Shown here: piece by piece, positions 9,840-20,134 of the stretch
How positions within the stretch are numbered: position 1 is the stretch's first letter
How the letters are laid out: every line of letters starts with the position of its first letter
Assembly: GCA_016212185.1 (NCBI GenBank)
Contig: JACRGX010000069.1
Span: 673-64,672 of the forward strand
Reading direction: 5' to 3'
DNA: 64,000 nt
Origin: Nitrospirota bacterium
GTDB lineage: Bacteria; Nitrospirota; Thermodesulfovibrionia; UBA6902; DSMQ01
Position numbers and translations under genes: made by a program
The notes under the pieces: model-generated
Told to the model about the DNA's origin: nothing
The model's database searches: none
The model's input: the letters and a program-made list of their open reading frames with translations, nothing else

Positions 9840-10772
9840 TTACATCTCTCCGAAATTATCCCTGTATCTTTCAGCGAATTCTTTATTGGTATAACTATGT
9901 TCCTGCGTCCCGTAATACTCTATTGCGTATGTTGCGGCTACGGCGCCCATTTTGGCGGCAGTCTGGAGGTCTTTGCCTGTGACCATGCCTTTAAGCAGTC
10001 CTGCCCTGAACGCATCGCCTGCGCCGGTTGGGTCCATGACTTCATTGACCTTGGCTGATGAAATATTTGTATCTGACTTGCCGTCGCTGATAAGCGAGCC
10101 TTTTTCTCCGAGCGTAGTGACGATTGTTTTTGTAAGTTTCAACAACCCTTTTTTGTCCAGCCCGGTCATGTTCATAACCATCTCAAGCTCATAGTCATTT
10201 GTTATAAGCATCATTGAGCCTTTAATCCACTCAATCAGCGCATTCTTTTCCCATGCCGTAAGCGACTGCCCCGGGTCGCAGATATAGCTAATCCCTTTTT
10301 CTTTATATACGCTTGCATAGTTAATCATGTCCTGAAGATTTCCGGGCGCAATAATCGCAATTGAATCATTAGGGTTTATACTGCCGAATTTATATTCGGA
10401 TTTGTATTTCATTGAGCCGGGGTTAAATCCTGTTATCTGGTTGTCGGACTTGTCGGTGGTTATGTATGCGCCGGCGGTAAATTCTTCATTAATTATCTTA
10501 ATCCCCTCAAGTGAGAGACTATTTTTTTTCAGCCACTCAAAATAACGGTCATAGTCTTTGCCTATGGTTGCAAGAATGACAGGGTTTTCGCCGAGGAGGC
10601 TGAGAGAATAGGCGATATTGCCAGCCGTACCTCCGAATTTTTCAATCATTTTGTTGACGGTAAAGCATACATTCAGGATGTGAATCTTGTCAGGCAGGAT
10701 ATGGTCTGCGAATTTTCCCGGGAAATCCATAATCCTGTCATATGCCATTGAGCCGGAAACGTAAATCTGCAT
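9840..10772 (-). CDS. PfkB-family carbohydrate/nucleoside kinase
   Basis: GGTAGNIAYSL N-terminal motif and the DPTGAGDAFRAGLLKG ATP/anion-hole motif. Confidence 0.8.
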   Translation of the reverse strand: MQIYVSGSMAYDRIMDFPGKFADHILPDKIHILNVCFTVNKMIEKFGGTAGNIAYSLSLLGENPVILATIGKDYDRYFEWLKKNSLSLEGIKIINEEFTAGAYITTDKSDNQITGFNPGSMKYKSEYKFGSINPNDSIAIIAPGNLQDMINYASVYKEKGISYICDPGQSLTAWEKNALIEWIKGSMMLITNDYELEMVMNMTGLDKKGLLKLTKTIVTTLGEKGSLISDGKSDTNISSAKVNEVMDPTGAGDAFRAGLLKGMVTGKDLQTAAKMGAVAATYAIEYYGTQEHSYTNKEFAERYRDNFGEM

Positions 10773-10788
10773 GAAGCCTCCTTTTAGT

Positions 10789-10961
10789 AGTGCTCAGGAA
10801 TATATGCCTTCAAAACTTTAGAAAGCAACTTGCCTGCCGGCAAATATTATTAAATGTCATGTTGCAAATGTTAAGCCTTTTTGCTCAGGACACTGATTTA
10901 AAAGGCAACATGACTCTAATGTGTTGCACTAAAGTTTTTCAAACATATATCCCTGAGCACT
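10789..10961. mobile_element. MITE-like element, copy B
   Basis: agtgctcaggaatatatgccttcaaaactttagaaagcaac ... gttgcactaaagtttttcaaacatatatccctgagcact. A related shorter inverted-repeat unit follows at about 10999-11100. Confidence 0.7.
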
Positions 10962-11156
10962 CTTTATATTCAGTGGTATATATGTCCGAAAAAGGTTAGC
11001 AGCGACACTTTAACAATGCCATATTGCAATAGTAAAAAGTCAAACTTATTTGGTAAAACTTATCAGGCAATATGGCATCACAAGAATTTTGTCGCATTGC
11101 TAAAATTTTGAGGGCATGTATACTACTGATATACACTGAGTTTCAGTATAATTTTA

Positions 11157-12956
11157 TTATTTTACTCCCTCAAGAACCTTTTCTGCTATTTTTTTATTAA
11201 ATCCCTTTATCCCCGCAATGTCATCATGCGATGCTTTTCTTATATTATCAATGCTCCCGAAATGCTTTAAAAGCGCAAGCCGGCGCTTTTTCCCTATGCC
11301 CTTAATCTTCTCAAGCGGCGATTCAAGCGTCCTTTTTGCCCTTAATTTTTTATGATAGCTTATTGCAAACCGGTGAACCTCGTCCCTTATCCGCTGAAGC
11401 AGGTGCGTTGAGGCTGATGCCGGCTCCAGAGGTATGGCTGTCGTCTTTCCGGGAAGAAAAATCCTGTCGGCTTTTTCTTCTTTTGCCTTTGCAATTGCGG
11501 CTATTTCTACCGGAAGGGCCAAGGGCTTAATCGCTTTCAGCGCTGATTCAAGCTGTCCCCTTCCTCCGTCAATCAGGAATAATTGCGGCAACCCTTCTCC
11601 CTTCTCAGACATGCTGCGAAAATGCCTGCCGACCACTTCACCTATCATAGCAAAATCATCAATGCCTCCAACAGTTTTAATTTTAAACAGCCTGTAATCA
11701 TCCTTAGCAAAACTGCCGTCTTCCCATACGACAACGGCGCCTACCGCCTCAGAGCCTGAGATATTGGAAACATCAACAGCCGCAATCCTTTTCGGGACTG
11801 CCTTTAGACTAAGAAGTTTTTTTAATGATATGAGAACCTCACTGGTTTTTGTCTCTTTATGACCGATGAATGAATGAAGGGCATTGTCAGATGCCATCTT
11901 AAAGACTTCTTTCTCTTCTTTGCTTTTTGCAGGCAGGAGTTTAACCCTGCCGTCTCTTTTTTTACTTAACCAGAGCCTCTGAGTTTCAAAACTGTCTCTG
12001 ACAGGCAGAATAATTTTTGGAGGTATCAAAATTTCTTTGGAATAAAACTGTTCAATAAAACCTGCCGTCAGCTCTTTGTCATCTATGCCTTTGAGGTTTT
12101 TAAGAAAAAAATTTTTCTGTCCTATGACCATGCCGTTTCTTACAAACAGCATGAATATTAACGCATTATCATGTTCCCTATACATTCCTATCATATCCAT
12201 ATCGCCTAATCCCGGGGAGATGACCCTTTGCGTTTCCCATGCCCTCTCGAGTATTTTAATTCTGTCCCTTAATTCTCCGGCTTCCTCATATCTTAATTCA
12301 TCTGAAAGTTTTTGCATTTTTTCCTGAAGGCTTATGAGAAGTTTTTTGTTTTCTCCCTGTAAAAAAAGCCGAATTTCTTTAACAATTTCAGCGTATCTTT
12401 GCCTGTGTTCAGGCTCCCTGAGATCCTCTGCACAAGGGGCAAGGCATCTGCCTATCTGATACTGGATGCACGGTCTGAACGACTTCTCAAGATTGTACTT
12501 GCATTGCTTTAACGGAAAGGTGCGCCTGATAAATTTCAATGTCTCCCACATTATTCCTGCGGGCACGTAGGGACCGAAGTATAACGCACCGTCTTTTGTG
12601 ATTTTCCTTACTACCTCAAGTCCGGGCCAGTCTTCATTGACTGTGAGTTTGAGGTAGGGATAATTCTTATTGTCTCTTAGAATTATGTTGTATCCGGGCC
12701 TGAATCTTTTTATGAAATTAGCCTCAAGCACAAGCGCCTCAAGCTCATTATCAGTGACGACATAATCAAAGTCCCTGATCTCCTTGACCATTGCGGATTT
12801 TCTTGTATCAAGGGATACTGACTTTTGAAAGTATGACCTGAGCCTGTTTCGCAGGTTCTTGGCTTTGCCGACATAAATCACGCGCTCTTTGGAGCCTTTC
12901 ATTATGTAGATGCCGGGAGAAAAGGGGACTTTATTTAATTTCTCCTTAAGGTCCAT
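11157..12956 (-). CDS. uvrC: Excinuclease ABC subunit C
   Basis: GIY-YIG N-terminus (PGIYIMKG...VIYVGKAKNLRNRLRSYF), UVR domain, RNase H-like endonuclease region and a C-terminal (HhH)2. Confidence 0.95.
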   Translation of the reverse strand: MDLKEKLNKVPFSPGIYIMKGSKERVIYVGKAKNLRNRLRSYFQKSVSLDTRKSAMVKEIRDFDYVVTDNELEALVLEANFIKRFRPGYNIILRDNKNYPYLKLTVNEDWPGLEVVRKITKDGALYFGPYVPAGIMWETLKFIRRTFPLKQCKYNLEKSFRPCIQYQIGRCLAPCAEDLREPEHRQRYAEIVKEIRLFLQGENKKLLISLQEKMQKLSDELRYEEAGELRDRIKILERAWETQRVISPGLGDMDMIGMYREHDNALIFMLFVRNGMVIGQKNFFLKNLKGIDDKELTAGFIEQFYSKEILIPPKIILPVRDSFETQRLWLSKKRDGRVKLLPAKSKEEKEVFKMASDNALHSFIGHKETKTSEVLISLKKLLSLKAVPKRIAAVDVSNISGSEAVGAVVVWEDGSFAKDDYRLFKIKTVGGIDDFAMIGEVVGRHFRSMSEKGEGLPQLFLIDGGRGQLESALKAIKPLALPVEIAAIAKAKEEKADRIFLPGKTTAIPLEPASASTHLLQRIRDEVHRFAISYHKKLRAKRTLESPLEKIKGIGKKRRLALLKHFGSIDNIRKASHDDIAGIKGFNKKIAEKVLEGVK

Positions 12957-13020
12957 AAGGTAAATTATACCTCATTAGACATTTCTTTTAAGTCGTCATT
13001 GCCTGAAAATACCCCTCTTT

Positions 13021-13102
13021 GACAAAGAGGGGCGAGGGGAGATTTTATGAATAAGTTATTTGTTTTTAGAATCCCCCTTTACCCCCCTTTTACAAAGGGG
13101 GG
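13021..13102. repeat. Pair of G/C-tract palindromes
   Basis: cccctctttgacaaagagggg (13021-13041) and ccccccttttacaaagggggg (13082-13102). Same family as 33251-33268 and the 47-bp palindrome at 34966-35012. Confidence 0.8.
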
Positions 13103-13257
13103 AGAGAAAATTTCATTCTCCTTTATGCAATCAAGGCTGTAAAAACAGCTTAATTTTTTGTTTGACAATACAAAGGGTTTGGTCAATAATTAGAGCGGTA
13201 AAAGTTTTTTGTGATAAGAAATAAGTTTAAGAAGCAAAAGAATTCTATGCATATATT

Positions 13258-13482
13258 ATGACTATCCATGGAGAAGAAGAAATGGATAATGATTCCTTGT
13301 CTATTTTTGACGTTGAACACTGTATTCTCACCGGGAAAATTTTAGAACGCCAAAAAGATAAAGCCACTATGGAATGGAAATACCGTATAAATGGTAAATC
13401 TCTTTCAGGCGGTGAAGCAGAAGTTGTTGTTAAAATAAGTCCAACAGGCAAGCTGGTTATCATTACGGTGTATGTGACATAA
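13258..13482 (+). CDS. Small toxin-like protein (DUF4258-like)
   Basis: 74 aa, immediately upstream of a zinc-finger antitoxin-type gene. The family call is tentative and rests on size, context and the DVEHCILTGKILERQ segment. Confidence 0.45.
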   Translation: MTIHGEEEMDNDSLSIFDVEHCILTGKILERQKDKATMEWKYRINGKSLSGGEAEVVVKISPTGKLVIITVYVT

Positions 13483-13489
13483 TATAAAT

Positions 13490-13735
13490 ATGGCGGGAGG
13501 GAGACAAATGATTTGTGATGTTTGCAGTAAAGAGGGTGCTCGTATCCGCAGGGTTGCAAGGACATATGGTAAGGGCAAAGGCATTTTGGTCATAGAGAAT
13601 GTCCCTATTGTAACTTGTCCTCACTGTGGAGAAAGTTATCTTGAGGCAGAGACGCTTCATGAAATTGAGCGCATTAAGCTGCACAAAAAGAGTTTTGCGG
13701 TTAAACGCTCAGTTCCTGTAGTTGAATTTGCTTAA
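13490..13735 (+). CDS. YgiT/MqsA-type zinc-finger protein (putative antitoxin)
   Basis: CDVCS...CPHCGE zinc ribbon followed by ETLHEIERI. An alternative start is ATG 13508, behind a gggaggga RBS. Confidence 0.6.
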   Translation: MAGGRQMICDVCSKEGARIRRVARTYGKGKGILVIENVPIVTCPHCGESYLEAETLHEIERIKLHKKSFAVKRSVPVVEFA

Positions 13736-13839
13736 AGTAAGGAGTGCCCTCAACACATAACAAGTGCACAAGCGGCAAACATGACCCGTGCACAGCATAT
13801 TATCGGCTGACTGCCTTGTTTTACCTGCAAGGATTATCT

Positions 13840-14187
13840 ATGAAAGTGAAGCCCAAAAAGCCTTTTGTCCCGGTTGAAAGAAAAGACACGCTGAGGCATG
13901 GGATAATTGCGCTTATTGAAGGAAACGCACTCACTGCAAAGGAGATTTCAGCTGCAATCAAAATCTCTGAGAAGGAAGTTTATGAGCATCTTGAGCACAT
14001 ACGGATGACATTAAACAGGCACGACCGCCGGCTTTCTGTTTCGCCTGCTGAATGTAAAAAATGCGGTTTTATTTTTGAAAAAAGGGAGAAACTGAAAAAA
14101 CCCGGCAAATGTCCTGAGTGCAAGGGTGAGTCCATTTATTATCCTGTATTTAATATTACCGCAAACCGACTATTCTTTTATATGTGA
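13840..14187 (+). CDS. Transcriptional regulator, winged HTH fused to a C-terminal zinc ribbon
   Basis: LTAKEISAAIKISEKEVYEHLEHI HTH-like segment and CKKCG...CPECKG. Start trimmed to ATG 13840; the longer ORF from 13744 has no support. Confidence 0.55.
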   Translation: MKVKPKKPFVPVERKDTLRHGIIALIEGNALTAKEISAAIKISEKEVYEHLEHIRMTLNRHDRRLSVSPAECKKCGFIFEKREKLKKPGKCPECKGESIYYPVFNITANRLFFYM

Positions 14188-14199
14188 TAGAATAATCTT

Positions 14200-15624
14200 A
14201 TGAAAGACAAATACCCCCTGCTTCTTGGCGGCAGGCATGTTGAAACAACAGATTTTTTAAATGTAATAAATCCGTTTAACGGCAAGCAAATCACAAGTGT
14301 TTGCCGTGCGTTGCAAAAAGAGGCAGAAACAGCAATTGATATTGCTGACAAGGCAAAAGACATTATCTCAAAAATGCCTTCGCATGAAAAAGCCGGTATC
14401 CTCTCAAACATCTCCAATGGAATCAGCGCAAAAAAGGAAGAGCTTGCAAAGATTATTACTTTGGAATGCGGCAAGCCAATTTCAGATTCAAGGGCAGAGG
14501 TTGACAGGGCGGCGCTCACGTTTCAAATCGCCGCTGAAGAGGCATCAAGAATCGGCGGAGAACTTATTCCTTTGGACAGGAATAAAATCTCTGAAGGCAG
14601 ATGGGGCATGACAAGGAGATTTTCTGCAGGCCCGGTATTCGGCATTGCGCCCTTTAATTTTCCATTAAATCTCGTCAGCCATAAGATTGCGTCGTCCATT
14701 GCCGCAGGCAATCCAATAATACTTAAACCTGCGTCAAAGACGCCTGTTACCGCGCTGATGCTCGGAGATATTATTATGGATTCAGGTTTGCCTGAAGGAT
14801 GCCTCAGCATAATTCCTTGCAGTAATGAGGTCGCCGGAAAGATTGTCACAGATGAAAGGATTAAGGTATTCAGCTTTACAGGCAGTGCATCAGTCGGCTG
14901 GAGTTTAAAATCAAAGGCAAATCAGAAAAAGGTGATTCTTGAGCTTGGCGGGAACGCCGGTGTCATTATTGATGAAGCCTGCGACCTTGAATATGCGACA
15001 TCAAGATGCGTCACAGGCGCTTTTTCATATTCCGGACAGGTTTGTATCTCGGTGCAGAGGATTTATATTCATGAGAAGGTCTATGAAAAATTTCAGGAGA
15101 GTTTTCTTAAAAAGGTTAAGACGTTGAAAATAGGAGATCCCCTTGATGAATCTACAAACATAGGGCCGATGATAAATGCTGAAAATATTTTGCGTGTTGA
15201 GGCATGGATTAAAGAGGCGGTGGACAAAGGCGCAACCGTGCTTACAGGCGGAAAAAAGAACGGCAATTTTTACGAGCCTACTGTGCTTGGAAATACAACG
15301 CCGGAGATGAAGGTCAACTGCATGGAGGTGTTTGCGCCGATTGTGACTCTGACAAAGATTAAGGACTTTAAAGAAGGGCTGGATGCCGTTAATAATTCTA
15401 TTTACGGGCTGCAGGCAGGGGTGTTTACGGACAATTTAAAACATGCTTACACGGCATTTGAAGCCCTTGAAGTTGGAGGGGTTATTATCAATGATGTACC
15501 GGCATACAGGGTTGACCATATGCCTTACGGCGGGGTAAAGATGTCAGGCTTTGGGCGTGAAGGGATAAAATACGCAATTGAGGAGATGACGGAGCTGAGG
15601 CTCATGGTGGTGAATCTGAAGTAG
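14200..15624 (+). CDS. NAD(P)+-dependent aldehyde dehydrogenase (GapN/lactaldehyde-DH-like)
   Basis: Catalytic Glu in LELGGNAG and catalytic Cys in YSGQVCISVQR. FTGS cofactor motif. 474 aa. Confidence 0.85.
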   Translation: MKDKYPLLLGGRHVETTDFLNVINPFNGKQITSVCRALQKEAETAIDIADKAKDIISKMPSHEKAGILSNISNGISAKKEELAKIITLECGKPISDSRAEVDRAALTFQIAAEEASRIGGELIPLDRNKISEGRWGMTRRFSAGPVFGIAPFNFPLNLVSHKIASSIAAGNPIILKPASKTPVTALMLGDIIMDSGLPEGCLSIIPCSNEVAGKIVTDERIKVFSFTGSASVGWSLKSKANQKKVILELGGNAGVIIDEACDLEYATSRCVTGAFSYSGQVCISVQRIYIHEKVYEKFQESFLKKVKTLKIGDPLDESTNIGPMINAENILRVEAWIKEAVDKGATVLTGGKKNGNFYEPTVLGNTTPEMKVNCMEVFAPIVTLTKIKDFKEGLDAVNNSIYGLQAGVFTDNLKHAYTAFEALEVGGVIINDVPAYRVDHMPYGGVKMSGFGREGIKYAIEEMTELRLMVVNLK

Positions 15625-15795
15625 GAATACTGCGAATAATGCAATTAACTTAATTAACACGGCATTTGCAAGGAGGCAAGGTACATAAAAATCTCTTAGA
15701 AATGCAATGACTAATTATTGAGATACCATGCGGCAATTGATGAAGGTTTTAATTGTTTTAATAGCAAAATGGAATGAGGATGGGGATTTTGAAGG

Positions 15796-16368
15796 CTAAA
15801 CCTGTCTAAGCCTTAAGAAATTTCTGAGCAGGTCCTTCCCGACCTTTGTAAGTATTGACTCGGGATGGAACTGGACGCCTTCAATCACATATTTCTTATG
15901 CCTTACACCCATAATTTCGTCTTTGTCAGTCCATGCAGTTATCTCAAGGCAGTCAGGCAGTGTTTCTTTTTTTATAATCAATGAATGATACCTTGTTGCC
16001 TCAAAGGGGTTTGGAAGCCCTTCGAAAATTGTTTTTCCGTCGTGATGGATGATGGAAGTCTTTCCATGCATTAATCTCGGGGCGCTTATTATTTCACCGT
16101 CAAAGGCAGCGCCTATTGACTGATGCCCGAGGCATACGCCAAGAATCGGGACTTTTCCTGCAAAATGTTTTATCACATCTATTGAAATTCCTGCCTCTTT
16201 CGGCGTGCATGGTCCAGGTGAAATAACTATCCGCCTAGGATTTAGTTTTTCAACCGCAGGGATTGAGGTCTTATCATTTCTGAAGACGCGGATGTCTTCT
16301 CCAAGCTCGCCTAAATATTGAACGAGGTTATAGGTGAAAGAATCGTAATTGTCTATCATTAAAAGCAT
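15796..16368 (-). CDS. trpG: Anthranilate synthase component II (glutamine amidotransferase)
   Basis: Class I GATase triad (GVCLGHQ, HPES). Downstream of trpE. Confidence 0.85.
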   Translation of the reverse strand: MLLMIDNYDSFTYNLVQYLGELGEDIRVFRNDKTSIPAVEKLNPRRIVISPGPCTPKEAGISIDVIKHFAGKVPILGVCLGHQSIGAAFDGEIISAPRLMHGKTSIIHHDGKTIFEGLPNPFEATRYHSLIIKKETLPDCLEITAWTDKDEIMGVRHKKYVIEGVQFHPESILTKVGKDLLRNFLRLRQV

Positions 16369-16394
16369 AATTTTAAACTCCTACCTTATGTATA

Positions 16395-16560
16395 AGCAGG
16401 CATAGATACCTTCAAAAACTTTAGAAAAGCAACAAGATTTATTTAGATGCTATGTTGCAAATATTTGAAGGTTTTCATCTAAATCCATACGTTTAACTAT
16501 TGCAACATATCATATCAGATGTGTTGCAATAAAGTTCTTTCAGGCATCAACGCCTGCTTA
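16395..16560. mobile_element. MITE-like element, copy C, in the trpE-trpG spacer
   Basis: agcaggcatagataccttcaaaaactttagaaaagcaac ... gttgcaataaagttctttcaggcatcaacgcctgct. Confidence 0.65.
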
Positions 16561-16636
16561 ACGCTTAATGCCTACCTCTTAACAAATAACAAATAACTTT
16601 TAACCTGCCCAAAAAACCGGCAGGTAAGCTCTTAAC

Positions 16637-18118
16637 TTAACTAAGATTATTCTCCGCCATTTCAACTGCCTTGAACATCCCTTTTGCCTTGTTTACCGTC
16701 TCTGTGTATTCATTTTCAGGTACGGAATCAGCCACTAATCCGGCTCCTGCCTGTATGTAAGCTTTTTTGCCTTTAAATATTATAGTCCTGATTGTAATGC
16801 ACATGTCCATGTTTCCTGAGAAATCAAAATACCCGACGCATCCTGCATATGGTCCGCGTTTTGTCGGCTCAAGCTCTTCAATAATCTCCATTGCGCGTAT
16901 CTTTGGCGCGCCCGTTACCGTCCCTGCAGGAAAGGATGCCCTCAGCACGTCAAATGCATCAAGACCATTGTGGAGTTTGCCTGTGACATTAGAGACGAGA
17001 TGCATTACATGCGAATACCGTTCAACAGTCATTAATTCAGTAACATTCACAGAGCCGGTGACTGCAACCCTTCCCACATCATTCCTTCCGAGGTCTACGA
17101 GCATGATGTGCTCTGCCAGCTCTTTTGGGTCAGCCTTAAGCTCTTGCTCAAGCCGCTTGTCTTCTTCAGCGGTATTCCCCCTTTTCCTGGTCCCTGCAAT
17201 GGGCCTCAGCTCTATCGTATTGCCCTCAAGTCTTACAAGTATTTCAGGGGATGAGCCAACAATGGCGCTTTTCCCTGTTTCAATATAATACATGTAAGGC
17301 GATGGATTAATTACCCTTAAAGCGCGGTAGGCATTTATCGGATGAATATCAACGTCCCTCTGGAAATTCTGTGACAGCACCACCTGAATAACATCGCCTG
17401 CCGTCACATAATCCTTTGCCTTTTCAACTGCCTTTAGAAAATTCTCTTTTTTGAAATTGGATGTAAACTGTTTTTGTTCACCGACACCGGCACTGACACT
17501 TTTTTCTTTTGGCGGCACTGCCCTTGATTTCAATTTCTTCTCTATGCTTTCTATCTTTTGAATTGCCTCGTCATAGGCTTTTTTTGCGTTTTTGCCGTCT
17601 GTATGTGCATTTGATATGACCTTTATTTTCTGCGTCAAGCCGTCAAAAACCAGCAAAGTATCAGTAAGCATCAGGAATAAATCAGGAAGGTTCAGTCCCG
17701 CAAGATGTTTGTCAGGGAGCTTCTCAAAATGCCTTACCGTGTCATAGCCGATATAGCCGACAAATCCTCCGAAAAATCTTGGAAGACCGAGCATGGTTAC
17801 TGGCTTGTATTTTTTTAATTCATCAGAGATAACCTTTAAAGGGTCGTCTGTTTTAATTTTTTCTTTTTGAAGCCCTCTTTTAACTATCAGGTTTTTCCCT
17901 TTTCCCTCAATTATCACAGACGGGTTGCCTCCGATAAAGGAGTACCTGGCCCATTTTTCACCACCTACCACGCTTTCAAGCAGAAAGCCTGTTTTTACCT
18001 TTAATTTAAGATAGGCGGAAAGCGGCGTTTCAAGGTCAGCAAGGATTTCCTTGTAGACCGGAATGAGGTTGCCTTCTTTTGCCTTTTCTTCAAATTCCTT
18101 GAAATCAGGGTAAAACAT
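16637..18118 (-). CDS. trpE: Anthranilate synthase component I
   Basis: LLESV...GRYSFIG-type N-terminus and chorismate-binding C-domain (GTVTGAPKIRAMEIIEELE, GAGLVADS). Confidence 0.9.
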   Translation of the reverse strand: MFYPDFKEFEEKAKEGNLIPVYKEILADLETPLSAYLKLKVKTGFLLESVVGGEKWARYSFIGGNPSVIIEGKGKNLIVKRGLQKEKIKTDDPLKVISDELKKYKPVTMLGLPRFFGGFVGYIGYDTVRHFEKLPDKHLAGLNLPDLFLMLTDTLLVFDGLTQKIKVISNAHTDGKNAKKAYDEAIQKIESIEKKLKSRAVPPKEKSVSAGVGEQKQFTSNFKKENFLKAVEKAKDYVTAGDVIQVVLSQNFQRDVDIHPINAYRALRVINPSPYMYYIETGKSAIVGSSPEILVRLEGNTIELRPIAGTRKRGNTAEEDKRLEQELKADPKELAEHIMLVDLGRNDVGRVAVTGSVNVTELMTVERYSHVMHLVSNVTGKLHNGLDAFDVLRASFPAGTVTGAPKIRAMEIIEELEPTKRGPYAGCVGYFDFSGNMDMCITIRTIIFKGKKAYIQAGAGLVADSVPENEYTETVNKAKGMFKAVEMAENNLS

Positions 18119-18177
18119 TTAGTATTATAACCTAACAGACAGTGAAAAGTTAAAAGTGAAGAGTGAAAAATGTTTCT

Positions 18178-18265
18178 GTCATTCCGTGCCTGACACGGAA
18201 TCCAGACGTCTTCCCTTTGAAAATGGATTTAAACCACTAGATTCCCCGATCAAGTCGGAGAATGA
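18178..18265. repeat. Nested palindromic element, GTCATTCC family, copy 2
   Basis: gtcattccgtgcctgacacggaatccag...attccccgatcaagtcggagaatgac. Bracketed by inverted GTTAAAAG word arrays at 18139-18177 and 18266-18300. Confidence 0.8.
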
Positions 18266-18336
18266 CGTGTTTTAACTTTACACTTTTAACTTTTAACTTG
18301 GAAATTTGTCCCGAAGTTTCGGGACAAATTTCCGTT

Positions 18337-18411
18337 GCGGGTGTAGCTCAGTGGTAGAGCACAACCTTGCCAAGGTTGGGGTCGCGGGTTCGAATCCCGT
18401 CGCCCGCTCCA
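18337..18411 (+). tRNA. tRNA-Gly (anticodon GCC)
   Basis: Cloverleaf GCGGGTG/CGCCCGC acceptor stem, anticodon loop TTGCCAA, T-loop GGTTCGAATCC, encoded CCA. Confidence 0.9.
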
Positions 18412-18463
18412 TTTTTAAAATAGTTAAGAGTGCAGAGTATATTTAATTTGGTGCATTGAAATG

Positions 18464-18760
18464 TTATGCCATGATTTCATCTGTCGGTAAGATTTGCTTC
18501 CCATGCCGGACTGTAAGAATAGAGATTTGTTTTTCTTCTATCCTGCAAATAATTCTATAATTGCCGTAGATTAATTCTTTAATTGTCCTGCTGTTGATTT
18601 CCGGAACTATTCGCCCGCTTCCCGGAAACGATTTTAGTTGTTCTACTTTAGCGAAAACCGTATCAATCCAGTTTTCTGCCATAATCATATTGTCATGGGC
18701 TATATATTCTGCGATCTCGCGTGCCCTTTCTATGGCAAGAGGAGACCATATTATTTTCAT
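18464..18760 (-). CDS. ParE/RelE-family toxin
   Basis: 98 aa with a typical plasmid-stabilisation fold sequence (IIWSPLAIERAREIAEYI...YRIICRIEEKQISILTVRHG). 4-bp overlap with the upstream antitoxin gene. Confidence 0.8.
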   Translation of the reverse strand: MKIIWSPLAIERAREIAEYIAHDNMIMAENWIDTVFAKVEQLKSFPGSGRIVPEINSRTIKELIYGNYRIICRIEEKQISILTVRHGKQILPTDEIMA

Positions 18761-19038
18761 TTTTTGATCCTGCTAAGCACGGCTGCTTTAGCATCGTTAT
18801 GTTTAATCCCTTGTCCGCCTTCAATCTGGTTAATAGATGTTTGTATATCCTGAAGGAGTTCAATCCTTTCCTGCATTGACTCAAATTCATCAGCGTCAAG
18901 CAAAACAGCCACGCCTTTCCCATGCTGCGTAATAATAAGCGGACGTTTTGTATCATGTATTTTTTTAATAAAGGAAGCGATTCCAGTCCTAAATTCAGAC
19001 ATCGGTCTGATATCTTCATTGACTTTTAATCTTTTCAT
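18757..19038 (-). CDS. Phd/YefM-family antitoxin
   Basis: MSEFRTGIASFIKKIHDTKRPLIITQHGKGVAVLLDADEFESMQE. An AT-rich palindrome, gtacaatataatgtacattataccgtac, lies just upstream. Confidence 0.8.
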   Translation of the reverse strand: MKRLKVNEDIRPMSEFRTGIASFIKKIHDTKRPLIITQHGKGVAVLLDADEFESMQERIELLQDIQTSINQIEGGQGIKHNDAKAAVLSRIKK

Positions 19039-19359
19039 ATATCACCTCGTACAATATAATGTACATTATACCGTACTATATATGACATAAGCAAATTTTA
19101 TTTTGGGACATAATCTCATGGTTCTCCCGCAGCGGAGCGAAGGGGGAATCACGACTTAACGGGATGTCTTTTGTTTCAGAGATGGAAATAAAAAACGGGG
19201 CACTGTTTCCCTATTTTACTAAGAAAATAGAACCGTCCCCTTTTCTATTTCTCCCCTTTTCTATTTCTTTGGATACTTTCTTTGGTGGTCAAAGAAAGTA
19301 TCTCCACTGGAAGGGCATATTAAAATATAGAATGGATAGTCTATATATGGGAGCAGAAG

Positions 19360-19731
19360 CTACACGGCTATCTCAAATGCTATTTTGTCATAGCTAATGA
19401 CAGGCGCTATCTTTTTGTTCTCTGCCTTCTTCTCAATCAATCCCATATGCTCTAAATAGTCCACGTCCTCAGCTATATTTTTAATGTCTCTTTTTGTTAT
19501 TCTTGCAAGCTCATGCAAAGAAGAAGGTTTTTTAATCCTGATAATGTGCAGTAGTTCAAGCCTTTTAGGCGTTAATGCCTTTCTGAATGCCTCAAAACTT
19601 GTGAAGTATATCTCAGGCTCTGTTACAGGCTTTAATTTCTCCCCACGTTCAATCTTTTTCACAGTCTCTTTGACATCATTAAAAACATTGTTGATGCTCT
19701 TAATCCTGATTTCCACTTTTTTAATCTTCAT
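19360..19731 (-). CDS. Small HTH DNA-binding protein (antitoxin-like)
   Basis: 123 aa with a C-terminal winged-HTH-like segment, LTPKRLELLHIIRIKKPSSLHELARITKRDIKNIAEDVDYLEHMGLI. No partner gene of 60 aa or more upstream. Confidence 0.5.
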   Translation of the reverse strand: MKIKKVEIRIKSINNVFNDVKETVKKIERGEKLKPVTEPEIYFTSFEAFRKALTPKRLELLHIIRIKKPSSLHELARITKRDIKNIAEDVDYLEHMGLIEKKAENKKIAPVISYDKIAFEIAV

Positions 19732-19944
19732 GTTGAACCCTTATGGTTTGCCGTCGTCTGTTGGTAGTTTAAACCAACAAAAAAAGATATGTCAATAGAA
19801 CCATGCTTACAGGTAAGGACAGACGGAAGAAGGAAGCATTGGCAAAGAAATGGTGAAATTTGTTAAACTTTAAAGACCGTTATGCGTTAAGCGTGATGAG
19901 TACTAAGTAATAAACCCATAACGCATTACGGGTTACAGATTACC

Positions 19945-20017
19945 GGCGGCGTACCCAAGTGGCTAAGGGGGAGGTCTGCAAAACCTTTATGCAGCGGTTC
20001 AAATCCGCTCGCCGCCT
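19945..20017 (+). tRNA. tRNA-Cys (anticodon GCA)
   Basis: Acceptor GGCGGCG/CGCCGCC, anticodon stem GAGGT/ACCTT with loop CTGCAAA, T-arm AGCGGTTCAAATCCGCT. No encoded CCA. Confidence 0.85.
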
Positions 20018-20134
20018 TCACTTTTTTAATACAGTTAACAGTTGACGGATGACAGATGACAGTGAACGGTAATCAGTGAACTGCCTGCCAAAGCAGGCTT
20101 GCCTGCCGTAAAGTTTTTAAGCTAATATAATTCA

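Noticed and set aside
16767-17288. 173-aa plus-strand ORF
   Set aside because: It is a shadow ORF opposite trpE.
19164-19397. 77-aa plus-strand ORF in the tRNA islet
   Set aside because: It spans a tandem duplication and a hairpin and overlaps the 3' end of the minus-strand HTH gene. It has no RBS.
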